The notes under the pieces: model-generated
What the model was told of the DNA's origin: nothing
The model's database searches: none
Seen by the model: the letters and a program-made list of their open reading frames with translations, nothing else
From: a virus
Virus record (IMG/VR): IMGVR_UViG_3300025872_000001
Reading direction: 5' to 3' (one strand)
Length of the DNA: 64,000 nt
Position numbers and translations under genes: made by a program
Shown: one piece after another, positions 37,802 through 45,183 of the stretch
How positions within the stretch are numbered: position 1 is the stretch's first letter
Layout: each line of letters starts with the position of its first letter

Positions 37802-38044
37802 ATGGACGAAAACGCTCCCTTGCCCAGCAACTCCGTTGATTCATTCAACGGTTATTCGGATGCGGCAGTTGCCGCCTCCACGATGAAGACTTACAACTTC
37901 ATCCTTGCCAAGTATCGTGATGAGTTCCAAGCTGCTCTGAACTATGACGAAAAGAAGGATCGCAAGTATCAAAATCAAATGCGCCGTCTTGCTCGGGAGC
38001 GTGAACGTCTAAAGAATCAAACCCAAGAACAGGTTTTAAATTAA
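37802..38044 (+). CDS. Hypothetical protein
   Basis: ATG at 37802 immediately after the upstream stop. Confidence 0.6.
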   Translation: MDENAPLPSNSVDSFNGYSDAAVAASTMKTYNFILAKYRDEFQAALNYDEKKDRKYQNQMRRLARERERLKNQTQEQVLN

Positions 38045-38053
38045 TTAAAACTA

Positions 38054-38128
38054 GCAGCAGTAGCTCAACGGTAGAGCGCCATCCTTCCAAGCTGGATGTT
38101 GTGGGTTCGAATCCCATCTGCTGCTCCA
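38054..38128 (+). tRNA. tRNA-Gly(UCC)
   Basis: Cloverleaf; CCATC-CTTCCAA-GCTGG with a 30-40 mismatch; CCA. Confidence 0.93.
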
Positions 38129-38133
38129 ATTTC

Positions 38134-38210
38134 GCGGGGATAGCTCAACTGGATAGAGCAGCAGTTTTCTAAACTGCTGGTTCCGAGTTCGATTCTCGGT
38201 CCTCGCGCCA
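38134..38210 (+). tRNA. tRNA-Arg(UCU)
   Basis: GCAGT-TTTCTAA-ACTGC; CCA. Confidence 0.93.
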
Positions 38211-38215
38211 ATTTA

Positions 38216-38291
38216 GGGGTGGTAGCTCAACGGTCAGAGCAGAGGACTCATAATCCTTTGGTTGTGGGTTCGAATCCCACCCGCCCCACCA
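38216..38291 (+). tRNA. tRNA with CAU anticodon (probably Ile2/lysidine type; Met possible)
   Basis: GAGGA-CTCATAA-TCCTT; paired 1-72, so not an initiator; CCA. Confidence 0.9.
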
Positions 38292-38308
38292 ATTTTTGTT
38301 CTTTCAAT

Positions 38309-38471
38309 TTCCTGAAGCTCGACTCGGACTCATAGATAGGTTGAAGATAGCAGCGTAGTTTCTGCTACTAATTTCGTGTTCTTGTTCTCACAACTCATAA
38401 CGCTTATACTACACGTTATGACGTTTTCCTGAGAATAATTGAGATTGGCCTCGTAAAGCTATGGGCAGGAA
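38309..38471 (+). ncRNA. Structured RNA, copy A of a tandem pair
   Basis: Nested stems TTCCTG/CAGGAA, CTCATAG/CTATGGG, TAGCAG/CTGCTA, CTAATTTC/GAGATTGG, TCATAACG/CGTTATGA; covaries with copy B. Confidence 0.8.
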
Positions 38472-38494
38472 TTCATTTTTTGTTCTTTTTTATT

Positions 38495-38662
38495 TTCCCG
38501 AAGCACGACTCGGACTCGTAGATAGGTTGAAGATGCTGACCGTAACACGTTAGCACTAATCTCAGTGTCATTACGCTCCAGCTTCCTTGTTAGGTGTTAC
38601 GAGCAAGGAAAAATGCTCTGTGTGATGAATGGAGATTAGCCTCGTAAAGCTATGAGCGGGAA
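38495..38662 (+). ncRNA. Structured RNA, copy B of a tandem pair
   Basis: TTCCCG/CGGGAA, CTCGTAG/CTATGAG, TGCTGAC/GTTAGCA, CTAATCTC/GAGATTAG, TTCCTTGTT/AGCAAGGAA; complementary loops CGTAACAC and GTGTTACG. Confidence 0.8.
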
Positions 38663-38669
38663 TTCATTT

Positions 38670-38744
38670 GGTTCTATAGCTCAATGGTAGAGCAGCGTCC
38701 TTTTAAGTCGTTGGTTCTGGGTTCGAATCCCAGTGGAACCACCA
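38670..38744 (+). tRNA. tRNA-Lys(UUU)
   Basis: GCGTC-CTTTTAA-GTCGT with a U30-U40 mismatch; CCA. Confidence 0.93.
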
Positions 38745-38750
38745 ATTTTA

Positions 38751-38922
38751 CTACACACGAACAAGGCTTAGGCCCGAAAGCTCCGAAATGATAACTCGGG
38801 AGGCAACGATGTCGCAAAAACGATATCGGCAAACAGGGATGGGTAGCGAGTGGTGATGCAGTAAAGAACTAACCGAATCACTGGCTCCAATATGCGTTTG
38901 GGCATTGAAATGCCAGTGGAAA
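38751..38922 (+). ncRNA. Candidate multi-stem structured RNA
   Basis: GC-richer intergenic stretch after tRNA-Lys with stems TCCGA/TCGGG, CGATGTCG/CGATATCG, AGTGGT/ATCACT, GGCAT/ATGCC. Confidence 0.5.
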
Positions 38923-38931
38923 TATTTTTTT

Positions 38932-39153
38932 ATGAGTTCACAAACTAAAAGCAAGCAAAGGTATGTTATTCTAGACAACGATTGTTACGAATATACTGTT
39001 CACAACAGTCTAAAGGAAGTTCATTCCAAAATTGAAGAGATTTTGGAAGATTGCGACCAAGACTATATTAACAGCCATATTTCCATTTTTCCTATTGGGA
39101 ATAAGGTTGATTTGTCAGTCAAAACTGAAGTTAGGATCAAGGGTTTAAATTAA
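38932..39153 (+). CDS. Hypothetical protein
   Basis: ATG at 38932; lies inside the tRNA cluster. Confidence 0.55.
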   Translation: MSSQTKSKQRYVILDNDCYEYTVHNSLKEVHSKIEEILEDCDQDYINSHISIFPIGNKVDLSVKTEVRIKGLN

Positions 39154-39160
39154 TTTTTAT

Positions 39161-39237
39161 TGTCTCGTAGCTCAATTGGTCAGAGCAAGCTCTTTATAAG
39201 GGCTAGGTTCTGGGTTCAAGCCCCAGCGGGACTACCA
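39161..39237 (+). tRNA. tRNA-Ile(UAU)
   Basis: AGCTC-TTTATAA-GGGCT; U1-U72 mismatch; CCA. Confidence 0.88.
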
Positions 39238-39278
39238 ATTTAGATGGAAAGCCAGCATTTGATTATTAACATCAATTA

Positions 39279-39635
39279 ATGAAGCAATGCCGCCGATGCG
39301 GGAGCAGGAAAGAAATCGAACAATTCCCATTTTTCTCTGGTCAGCAAACTGGTAGAAAAAATACTTGCAGTGAATGTACGAAAGAATTGTCTCGGTTAAG
39401 AGCGAAACTCAAAAGCGAAAATCCTCCTCCTGCTGCTGGCAATTGTCCGATTTGCGATAACCATACCGAAACTTGGATCTTAGATCACTGTCATTTTACG
39501 AATCAATTTCGCGGATACATCTGTAATAATTGCAATCTTGCCCTTGGAAGATTCAACGATGACGAAAAAATGTTGAGGAAAGCTATTGACTATCTCAATA
39601 GAGGCACTATACTAGCAGTAGATTACACGATTTAA
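39279..39635 (+). CDS. Endonuclease VII-family (His-Me) nuclease
   Basis: CPIC...LDHCHFTNQFRGYICNNCNLALG; N-terminal CxxC..CxxC. Confidence 0.85.
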   Translation: MKQCRRCGSRKEIEQFPFFSGQQTGRKNTCSECTKELSRLRAKLKSENPPPAAGNCPICDNHTETWILDHCHFTNQFRGYICNNCNLALGRFNDDEKMLRKAIDYLNRGTILAVDYTI

Positions 39636-39638
39636 TCT

Positions 39639-39724
39639 GGCCGCATGGTGGAATGGCAGACACTACAGACTTAAAATCTGTTGCCTGTAAAGGCGTATCG
39701 GTTCGACCCCGATTGCGGCTACCA
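39639..39724 (+). tRNA. tRNA-Leu(UAA)
   Basis: ACAGA-CTTAAAA-TCTGT; long variable arm; CCA. Confidence 0.95.
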
Positions 39725-39729
39725 ATTTT

Positions 39730-39945
39730 ATGACTCCTTCAATCACAAATCAACCAATTTTTAAGCCGCCTACCAATAGAGAAGTCTATATGGAGGATAT
39801 TATCCGAATGAAACTTGCGTTGTTTAGGGAAATGGAAGCACTCAAAATCACGATGCAAGTGAAAGACGAAGATAAGTTCAACGATAGTTTCTCTCTCTTC
39901 TTGGAAGAAAGTTTCAATTGGCCCGATTTTAAAAATCATAATTAA
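39730..39945 (+). CDS. Hypothetical protein (paralogue of 59512-59712)
   Basis: REVYMED...KF.D...FLE.SF..PD.KN.N shared. Confidence 0.65.
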   Translation: MTPSITNQPIFKPPTNREVYMEDIIRMKLALFREMEALKITMQVKDEDKFNDSFSLFLEESFNWPDFKNHN

Positions 39946-39947
39946 TT

Positions 39948-40202
39948 ATGGGCTGCGATAAATATTATTTAAAGGACGATTCTATTGTTGCTTTTTCTGA
40001 AGGCGACGACGACGTTGGTTGTCTTTGCACTTTTCCTCACAACGATGGATTTCAATTAAGCGAGGAAAGGGTTCGCTCTCTCGCTTATCTTGGAGCAACG
40101 GTTGCATTGCTAAAGCAAGGCGAAATTGATCACGGTTACATTCCTGCTTGTTTGCCCGATTGGGTAAGAAGCGAAATTGATCGCATAATTCTAAAGAAAT
40201 GA
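39948..40202 (+). CDS. Hypothetical protein (paralogue of 42079-42333)
   Basis: MGCDKYYL...CLCTFPHNDG...ERVRSLAYLGA...CLPDW shared. Confidence 0.7.
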   Translation: MGCDKYYLKDDSIVAFSEGDDDVGCLCTFPHNDGFQLSEERVRSLAYLGATVALLKQGEIDHGYIPACLPDWVRSEIDRIILKK

Positions 40203-40597
40203 AATTCACTCCCGATAACATTTCATCACTAGAAAAAAACCAAGTTTTTGTGTTTGGCTCTAACGAAGCTGGCATTCACGGTGCAGGAGCGGCGAAACTG
40301 GCTGAACAAAAGTTTGGGGCGATTAGAGGAATGGGCTATGGTCTCCAAGGTAAATCGTTTGGAATTCCCACCAAAGATACATTTATTCGCACACTTCCTC
40401 TTGACAAGATAGAGTTCTACGTCTACTCTTTCCTCACTGAAGCTATGGAATACCCAGATACAGAGTTCTTGCTCACGAAGATTGGATGCGGTCTTGCTGG
40501 CTATTCTGAAGATCAAATCGCAAATTTATTCAAAGATAAGTTCATTCCAGAAAACGTTACCTTGCCAGAATCATTTTTTAACATTATAAATTCATGA
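40199..40597 (+). CDS. Macro-domain-like phage protein (A1S_2505-like)
   Basis: VFVFGSNEAGIHGAGAA, TKIGCGLAGY. Confidence 0.75.
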   Translation: MKFTPDNISSLEKNQVFVFGSNEAGIHGAGAAKLAEQKFGAIRGMGYGLQGKSFGIPTKDTFIRTLPLDKIEFYVYSFLTEAMEYPDTEFLLTKIGCGLAGYSEDQIANLFKDKFIPENVTLPESFFNIINS

Positions 40598-40788
40598 AAC
40601 TCAAGATCAGTAAGAAAGATCAAAAGCTAGTAAAGAACTTCAAAAAGATTGTAGAAAAGAATAGAGAGATCGAAGATAGGTTGTTTGCCGCGCTCTCATC
40701 GAAGATGATGCTGACGGCTTCAGAAGAAGAAATTCTTTTCGACCACATTTATAACGATACTAACTGGACAGTTGAACTCGAAAGATAA
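40594..40788 (+). CDS. Hypothetical protein
   Basis: Coupled ORF. Confidence 0.55.
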   Translation: MKLKISKKDQKLVKNFKKIVEKNREIEDRLFAALSSKMMLTASEEEILFDHIYNDTNWTVELER

Positions 40789-40997
40789 TGAAAGCTACAT
40801 TAGAATTTAATTTACCAGAAGAGCAGACCGAGTTTATTCGCGCTTCACGCGCCGATATCGCTTGGGCTAAACTGCACGATATTGATATGCAGTTGAGGAA
40901 CTGGATCAAGCATGGTCACGATTTCAAATCAATTGAAGATTTGGCCCAGCACATTCGCACAGAAATCAATGAAGCTCTTGGAGTAATCGATGAATAA
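40788..40997 (+). CDS. Conserved small phage protein
   Basis: MKATLEFNLPEE...LRNWIKH. Confidence 0.65.
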   Translation: MKATLEFNLPEEQTEFIRASRADIAWAKLHDIDMQLRNWIKHGHDFKSIEDLAQHIRTEINEALGVIDE

Positions 40998-41487
40998 AGA
41001 CGTTCAATACTATAAAGACGAGGCTGATCGCTATCGCAGGATGTTTAATATGCGGTTCAGCGACCTCTACCGATCTGAAGATGATCTTAATCGTAGTCGT
41101 CTTGCAATTAAAGAAGATCAACGTCTTTATCGCAAGGTTGGCAAGAAGTTCGTGCCAGTTAATGATCCTTATGCTTATGATGGTCTCCGCAATGGCTTTT
41201 GGCTGATTCAAGTCAAGGATGGTTGCACTTCTATTCGTCAGGAAGTTTACCCCGACAATGCGTGTATTCATGCTGCTGCACGCTTAATGGAAAAAGAGCT
41301 TATAGAAATTATCCGTAAGGCTTGTGAAGCTCGCCCCAGCAAAACGCCGCTTTCTCCAGAAGAGAAAAAAGATTGGGATAAGTTTATCAAGAAGCATGGA
41401 GAGTCGTTCAATACTTTGCATTATCCTTCTATGCAAGAGAATGCAGAGAAGATAGTTAAAGTTCTTATTGGGGAGGCGCAACCATGA
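40990..41487 (+). CDS. Hypothetical protein
   Basis: LYRKVGKKFVPV; ends in EAQP. Confidence 0.65.
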   Translation: MNKDVQYYKDEADRYRRMFNMRFSDLYRSEDDLNRSRLAIKEDQRLYRKVGKKFVPVNDPYAYDGLRNGFWLIQVKDGCTSIRQEVYPDNACIHAAARLMEKELIEIIRKACEARPSKTPLSPEEKKDWDKFIKKHGESFNTLHYPSMQENAEKIVKVLIGEAQP

Positions 41488-41771
41488 GCGACCATTTAAT
41501 TGCCGAGGCGAATCGACACGCCAAGGCTCTACCTAAAATGACACTACCAACCACTAAACCAAACGACCTCGACCTCGCTTGGTACAGGCGCGAGTGCGAA
41601 TTGTTACAAGACCGAAATGAGGCGCTGGAGCGCGAGAACGCCGCGCTGCGGCAGACATTGGACACCGCAATAGTGTTGTTACGGAAGTGGAATAAAAATG
41701 ACGTAACCGATGATGTTGTTATTGATACAAGGAAGGCTATTTACGCTACCCTAAAGGAGGCGCAGCCGTGA
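41484..41771 (+). CDS. Hypothetical coiled-coil protein
   Basis: LERENAALR; GGAGG before start; ends in EAQP. Confidence 0.6.
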   Translation: MSDHLIAEANRHAKALPKMTLPTTKPNDLDLAWYRRECELLQDRNEALERENAALRQTLDTAIVLLRKWNKNDVTDDVVIDTRKAIYATLKEAQP

Positions 41772-42076
41772 GCAACACACCCAAAACCGACGCCGCTTGC
41801 GGCTGGGCGTGGGGCCATCATGGGAAAATTGAAAGCAGCGACTTGAAATGCTCACTGGATGGCCCATTCGTTCATTCGTCGGTTGCCCGCGAACTGGAGC
41901 GCGAGAACGTTAAACTGCGGAAAAACTTCATGTTCGCCGAAAGTGAGATCATCTTGTTGCGCGAAGATCGGGAGGAACTGCGAGAACTCGCTGCTCGCAT
42001 GGCTAAAGAAATGCGCGAGATAGATCATGAGTTTTGTTCTTTAGTGGATTACGACAACTTACAAAATAAAATATAG
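41768..42076 (+). CDS. Hypothetical protein (SxTPxTDA...ARELEREN type)
   Basis: GTG start after GGAGG. Confidence 0.6.
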   Translation: MSNTPKTDAACGWAWGHHGKIESSDLKCSLDGPFVHSSVARELERENVKLRKNFMFAESEIILLREDREELRELAARMAKEMREIDHEFCSLVDYDNLQNKI

Positions 42077-42078
42077 TT

Positions 42079-42333
42079 ATGGGCTGCGATAAATATTACT
42101 TACAAGGTATAGATTACCCAATGATGTTCTCGGAAATGAACGAGGACATTTGTTGTTTATGCACTTTCCCGCACAATGACGGCGAAACTCTTGATCCCGA
42201 AAGAGTTAGATCGTTGGCGTATCTTGGGGCGGCAGTTGTGCTAAACTCCAGAGGAGATGCGCCGCATGGGTTCATTCCTTCTTGTCTACCAGATTGGATG
42301 AAAAAGGAAATAGACCGAATCGTTTTAAAATGA
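42079..42333 (+). CDS. Hypothetical protein (paralogue of 39948-40202)
   Basis: Shared motifs as listed for the paralogue. Confidence 0.7.
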   Translation: MGCDKYYLQGIDYPMMFSEMNEDICCLCTFPHNDGETLDPERVRSLAYLGAAVVLNSRGDAPHGFIPSCLPDWMKKEIDRIVLK

Positions 42334-42518
42334 ATATTAAAGATTTCCTAGCTGAACTAACAGTTCTGTCAAACAAGTACGGCATCAAGATCGAAGGTTG
42401 TGGGTGTTGCGGATCTCCTGCGCTCACTGCAATCAAACCAGAAATGATGAACGGTAGTTACAAAATCAACGAAGAAAATGAAAATTTAACATGGATAAAG
42501 AACCAGACATCAAACTAA
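42330..42518 (+). CDS. Small protein with GCGCCGSP motif
   Basis: ATGA overlap at 42330. Confidence 0.6.
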   Translation: MNIKDFLAELTVLSNKYGIKIEGCGCCGSPALTAIKPEMMNGSYKINEENENLTWIKNQTSN

Positions 42519-42706
42519 CGGAAAAGGATTTTGAGGGTCAATCATTGTTGGGCGATTCAAATTCATCTAAAATAATTTATAGTCCCAAATGGCAATGGGA
42601 CATATTTGGTGGCAGAGAACTTGCCGTTACGTTGGGTTATACCCCTCCACTTTGGAGGCGAATCATTACTCGCATCTTTTTAGGTTCAAAATGGAAGCGG
42701 CTTTGA
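42491..42706 (+). CDS. Hypothetical protein
   Basis: PPLWRRIITRIFLGSKW. Confidence 0.55.
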   Translation: MDKEPDIKLTEKDFEGQSLLGDSNSSKIIYSPKWQWDIFGGRELAVTLGYTPPLWRRIITRIFLGSKWKRL

Positions 42707-42707
42707 T

Positions 42708-43739
42708 ATGAGATTCCATGTAGTCGCAATGCCTCAAAGTTTAACCACAAAATCGTTTTCGATGTGTGGTTTTAGTCAAAAAACTATACGTTTTTGTTGG
42801 ATGATGAAAGCGTTAGGGCATAAAGTTTTTTTGTACGCCGGTACAGAAAACGAAGCAGTTTGTGACGAACATATAATTTCATTCACGGAAGAAGATAGGA
42901 AAGAAATAATACAACAGTCTAATCATTACGCTTTTCCTTCTTGGAGTCCGCAACATCCAGTTTGGGTCAGAACAAATAAAGTTGTTGCCGAGCAAATAAA
43001 TGAAAGAAAAAATTCTGATGATATAATTTGTATTGTTCAAGGTTTATGCCAAAAGCAAATTGCTGAAACAATTCCAGAACTCAAAACAGTTGAATATGGA
43101 ATTGGCTACGAAGGTTTTTTTTCTAAATGGAAAATTTTTGAAAGTCATGCTTGGCGCTCTTATTGTGCCGGTAAATACTTAAATAAAAATTATTCGTATT
43201 TAAATGACGGGGTGATTCATAATTTCTTTGATGAAAGAGAATTTTGTCCAAGTTTTGAAAAGAAACCATATGCCCTCTTTGTAGGCAGAATAGCAAGTAT
43301 TAAAGGAATTGAAGAAGCCTGTTTAGCAGCATCAAAAGCTGGTATTAGTTTAAAAGTAGCTGGTAATGGCGATATTAATTTAATTAAATATGGAGCAGAG
43401 TATATTGGAGAGCCATCACTACAAGAAAGAAATAAATTAATGGCAGAGGCAATGGCTGTAATGTGTCCGAGTAATTTTTTTGAACCATTCGGAAATGTGG
43501 CGTGTGAAGCTCAATTATCAGCTACCCCAGTTATTTGCACAAATTGGGGAGGTTATACGGAAACAGTTGAAAGTGAAAAAACTGGTTTCAGATGCTCGAC
43601 TGTAAATGAAATGGCCGAAGCATTAAAAAATGTTTATAAACTTGACAAGCATTACATTTTGTATAGAGCGGTAAAAATGTTTTCAATGAGAAATAAAATG
43701 TTTGAATTCGAAAAATATTTTAATCGAATTTCAATGTAA
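42708..43739 (+). CDS. GT4 family glycosyltransferase
   Basis: LFVGRIASIKG, EPFGNVACEAQLSATPVI, SEKTGF. Confidence 0.9.
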   Translation: MRFHVVAMPQSLTTKSFSMCGFSQKTIRFCWMMKALGHKVFLYAGTENEAVCDEHIISFTEEDRKEIIQQSNHYAFPSWSPQHPVWVRTNKVVAEQINERKNSDDIICIVQGLCQKQIAETIPELKTVEYGIGYEGFFSKWKIFESHAWRSYCAGKYLNKNYSYLNDGVIHNFFDEREFCPSFEKKPYALFVGRIASIKGIEEACLAASKAGISLKVAGNGDINLIKYGAEYIGEPSLQERNKLMAEAMAVMCPSNFFEPFGNVACEAQLSATPVICTNWGGYTETVESEKTGFRCSTVNEMAEALKNVYKLDKHYILYRAVKMFSMRNKMFEFEKYFNRISM

Positions 43740-43751
43740 AGTATATTTACC

Positions 43752-44168
43752 ATGTACCAATACAAAGCCCAATTAATCAAAGTTGTCGATGGAGACACAA
43801 TTGAAGTTGACTTTGATCTGGGCTTTGGAGTTTGGCTGAGAAACCAAAGAATTCGTCTTTATGGTATAGACACTCCAGAGAGCAGAACAAGCGACAAAGA
43901 AGAAAAAGCTCGCGGTTTAATCTCCAAGGCTAAACTAAACGAAGTTCTTTCCAATTCTAAATACCTGACAGTAGAAACAGAAATCGACCCAGAAGAGAAA
44001 TATGGGCGCATTCTCGGCAGGATAGAGACAGATGATGGAGTTAATGTAAATGATTGGATGATAGAGCAATGCTATGCTGTTCCTTACAGTGGGGAGAATA
44101 AAAACAAAGTCCAAGAACTCCACAAAGCAAACGCCAAGAAATTAAAAGAGCGCGGCGAAATTTTATGA
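43752..44168 (+). CDS. Thermonuclease (SNase) family protein
   Basis: VVDGDT, RIRLYGIDTPE, EKYGRILG. Confidence 0.9.
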   Translation: MYQYKAQLIKVVDGDTIEVDFDLGFGVWLRNQRIRLYGIDTPESRTSDKEEKARGLISKAKLNEVLSNSKYLTVETEIDPEEKYGRILGRIETDDGVNVNDWMIEQCYAVPYSGENKNKVQELHKANAKKLKERGEIL

Positions 44169-44716
44169 AAAAAGACGTTAATTTTAAATCATATGTAGAA
44201 GAAGAATATCTCACGATAAAAGCATGGGATAATCCTTCTGATCCAGCACAGTTTGACGACGTAATGAAGTTCTCAAACTGTAAGTATATTCGTGTAGAAG
44301 GAGTTACGATAAATGGGGGCATGGAAGACTGCATTGACGCTGTAAGAGGCAAAGAATACTACTTTGAGAACCTCACATTGCACCCATTAAACAATGGAAT
44401 CACAATCAAAGGAAGCATTGATGGCTGGCATTTAAAAAACATTTTATTTGAGCGCAAGGGCAACGAATACACTATTGAGATCGGGCAGTACGACAACTAC
44501 TGGACCCCATCCACACCACCTACCCGCAATGGTACTATAGAGAACGTAAAAATGGCAGATGGGGGCAAGGTGACTGTCAGGATATGGGATGGCGAAAAAC
44601 CCGAACTTATCAACGCCCCTGACGTTAAGATCGTAAAGATTCCAAAGTTCATTTGGTTTCCTTACTTCATCTTCAGATCAATCCAAAGAAATGGGTTGAA
44701 ATTCTTCAAAAAATAG
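44165..44716 (+). CDS. Short beta-helix (pectin-lyase-like) protein
   Basis: DDVMKF, EDCIDAV, GITIKG repeats. Confidence 0.5.
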   Translation: MKKDVNFKSYVEEEYLTIKAWDNPSDPAQFDDVMKFSNCKYIRVEGVTINGGMEDCIDAVRGKEYYFENLTLHPLNNGITIKGSIDGWHLKNILFERKGNEYTIEIGQYDNYWTPSTPPTRNGTIENVKMADGGKVTVRIWDGEKPELINAPDVKIVKIPKFIWFPYFIFRSIQRNGLKFFKK

Positions 44717-44755
44717 ATTGACAAATTTTCAACAAAAACATAATATATACAAACT

Positions 44756-45055
44756 ATGAATAACATTAATCCTGAGCAAGCGTTGGCAAACTTTGCCGCA
44801 CTTCATCGTCAATCGCGTCTTCTTCCTGAGCAGCACGAAGCTCTGAAGGAGAGCCTCCAAGTTCTTGCTGGTTTGGCTAATCCCGCCAACAAGACCGAAT
44901 CCAAGCTGACACCTGACGTTGCCCTTAACAACTTCTTCCAGCTTTATACCCGCGCCACTGTAACTGTTGAGGAGCATGAGGCACTCAAGGCGAGCTTCAA
45001 TGTTATCGCTCCTTTGGCTCAAGCTGCCAAGCAGTCTGAGGCTCCAGCAAGCTAA
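44756..45055 (+). CDS. Small helical protein with an internal duplication
   Basis: Two repeats PxxALxNF...HEALKxSxxV. Confidence 0.7.
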   Translation: MNNINPEQALANFAALHRQSRLLPEQHEALKESLQVLAGLANPANKTESKLTPDVALNNFFQLYTRATVTVEEHEALKASFNVIAPLAQAAKQSEAPAS

Positions 45056-45082
45056 AATCTGATTAAAAAATAGCCCCAAACG

Positions 45083-45123
45083 CCCCCAAATTGGTAATCA
45101 AACGCTAATTTGGGGGTTTTTTA
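45083..45123 (+). terminator. Intrinsic terminator
   Basis: CCCCCAAATT...AATTTGGGGG followed by a T-tract. Confidence 0.7.
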
Positions 45124-45183
45124 TTACTTAATTTATGGTAATTTGGGGATATTTACCCAAAGTGTTTAATTAAAACTTTTAAA

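Noticed and set aside
38134-38210. Amber suppressor tRNA or stop-codon recoding (loop contains CTA)
   Set aside because: The 7-nt loop TTTCTAA centres on TCT (Arg), and long genes read through intact in the standard code
38309-38662. Hammerhead ribozyme (TTGAAGA resembles CUGANGA followed by a stem)
   Set aside because: No GAAA follows the stem and the first base is U; the junction topology does not fit. No twister, pistol or HDV consensus was recognised either
38751-38775. RNase P RNA (GAACAAGGCTTA resembles conserved region V)
   Set aside because: The motif is at the 5' end rather than the 3' end, and no GAGGAAAGUCC-like region I partner is present
38751-38978. Minus-strand 75-aa ORF in the tRNA cluster (also 37899-38129)
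   Set aside because: Antisense to the tRNA/ncRNA operon with no protein-like features
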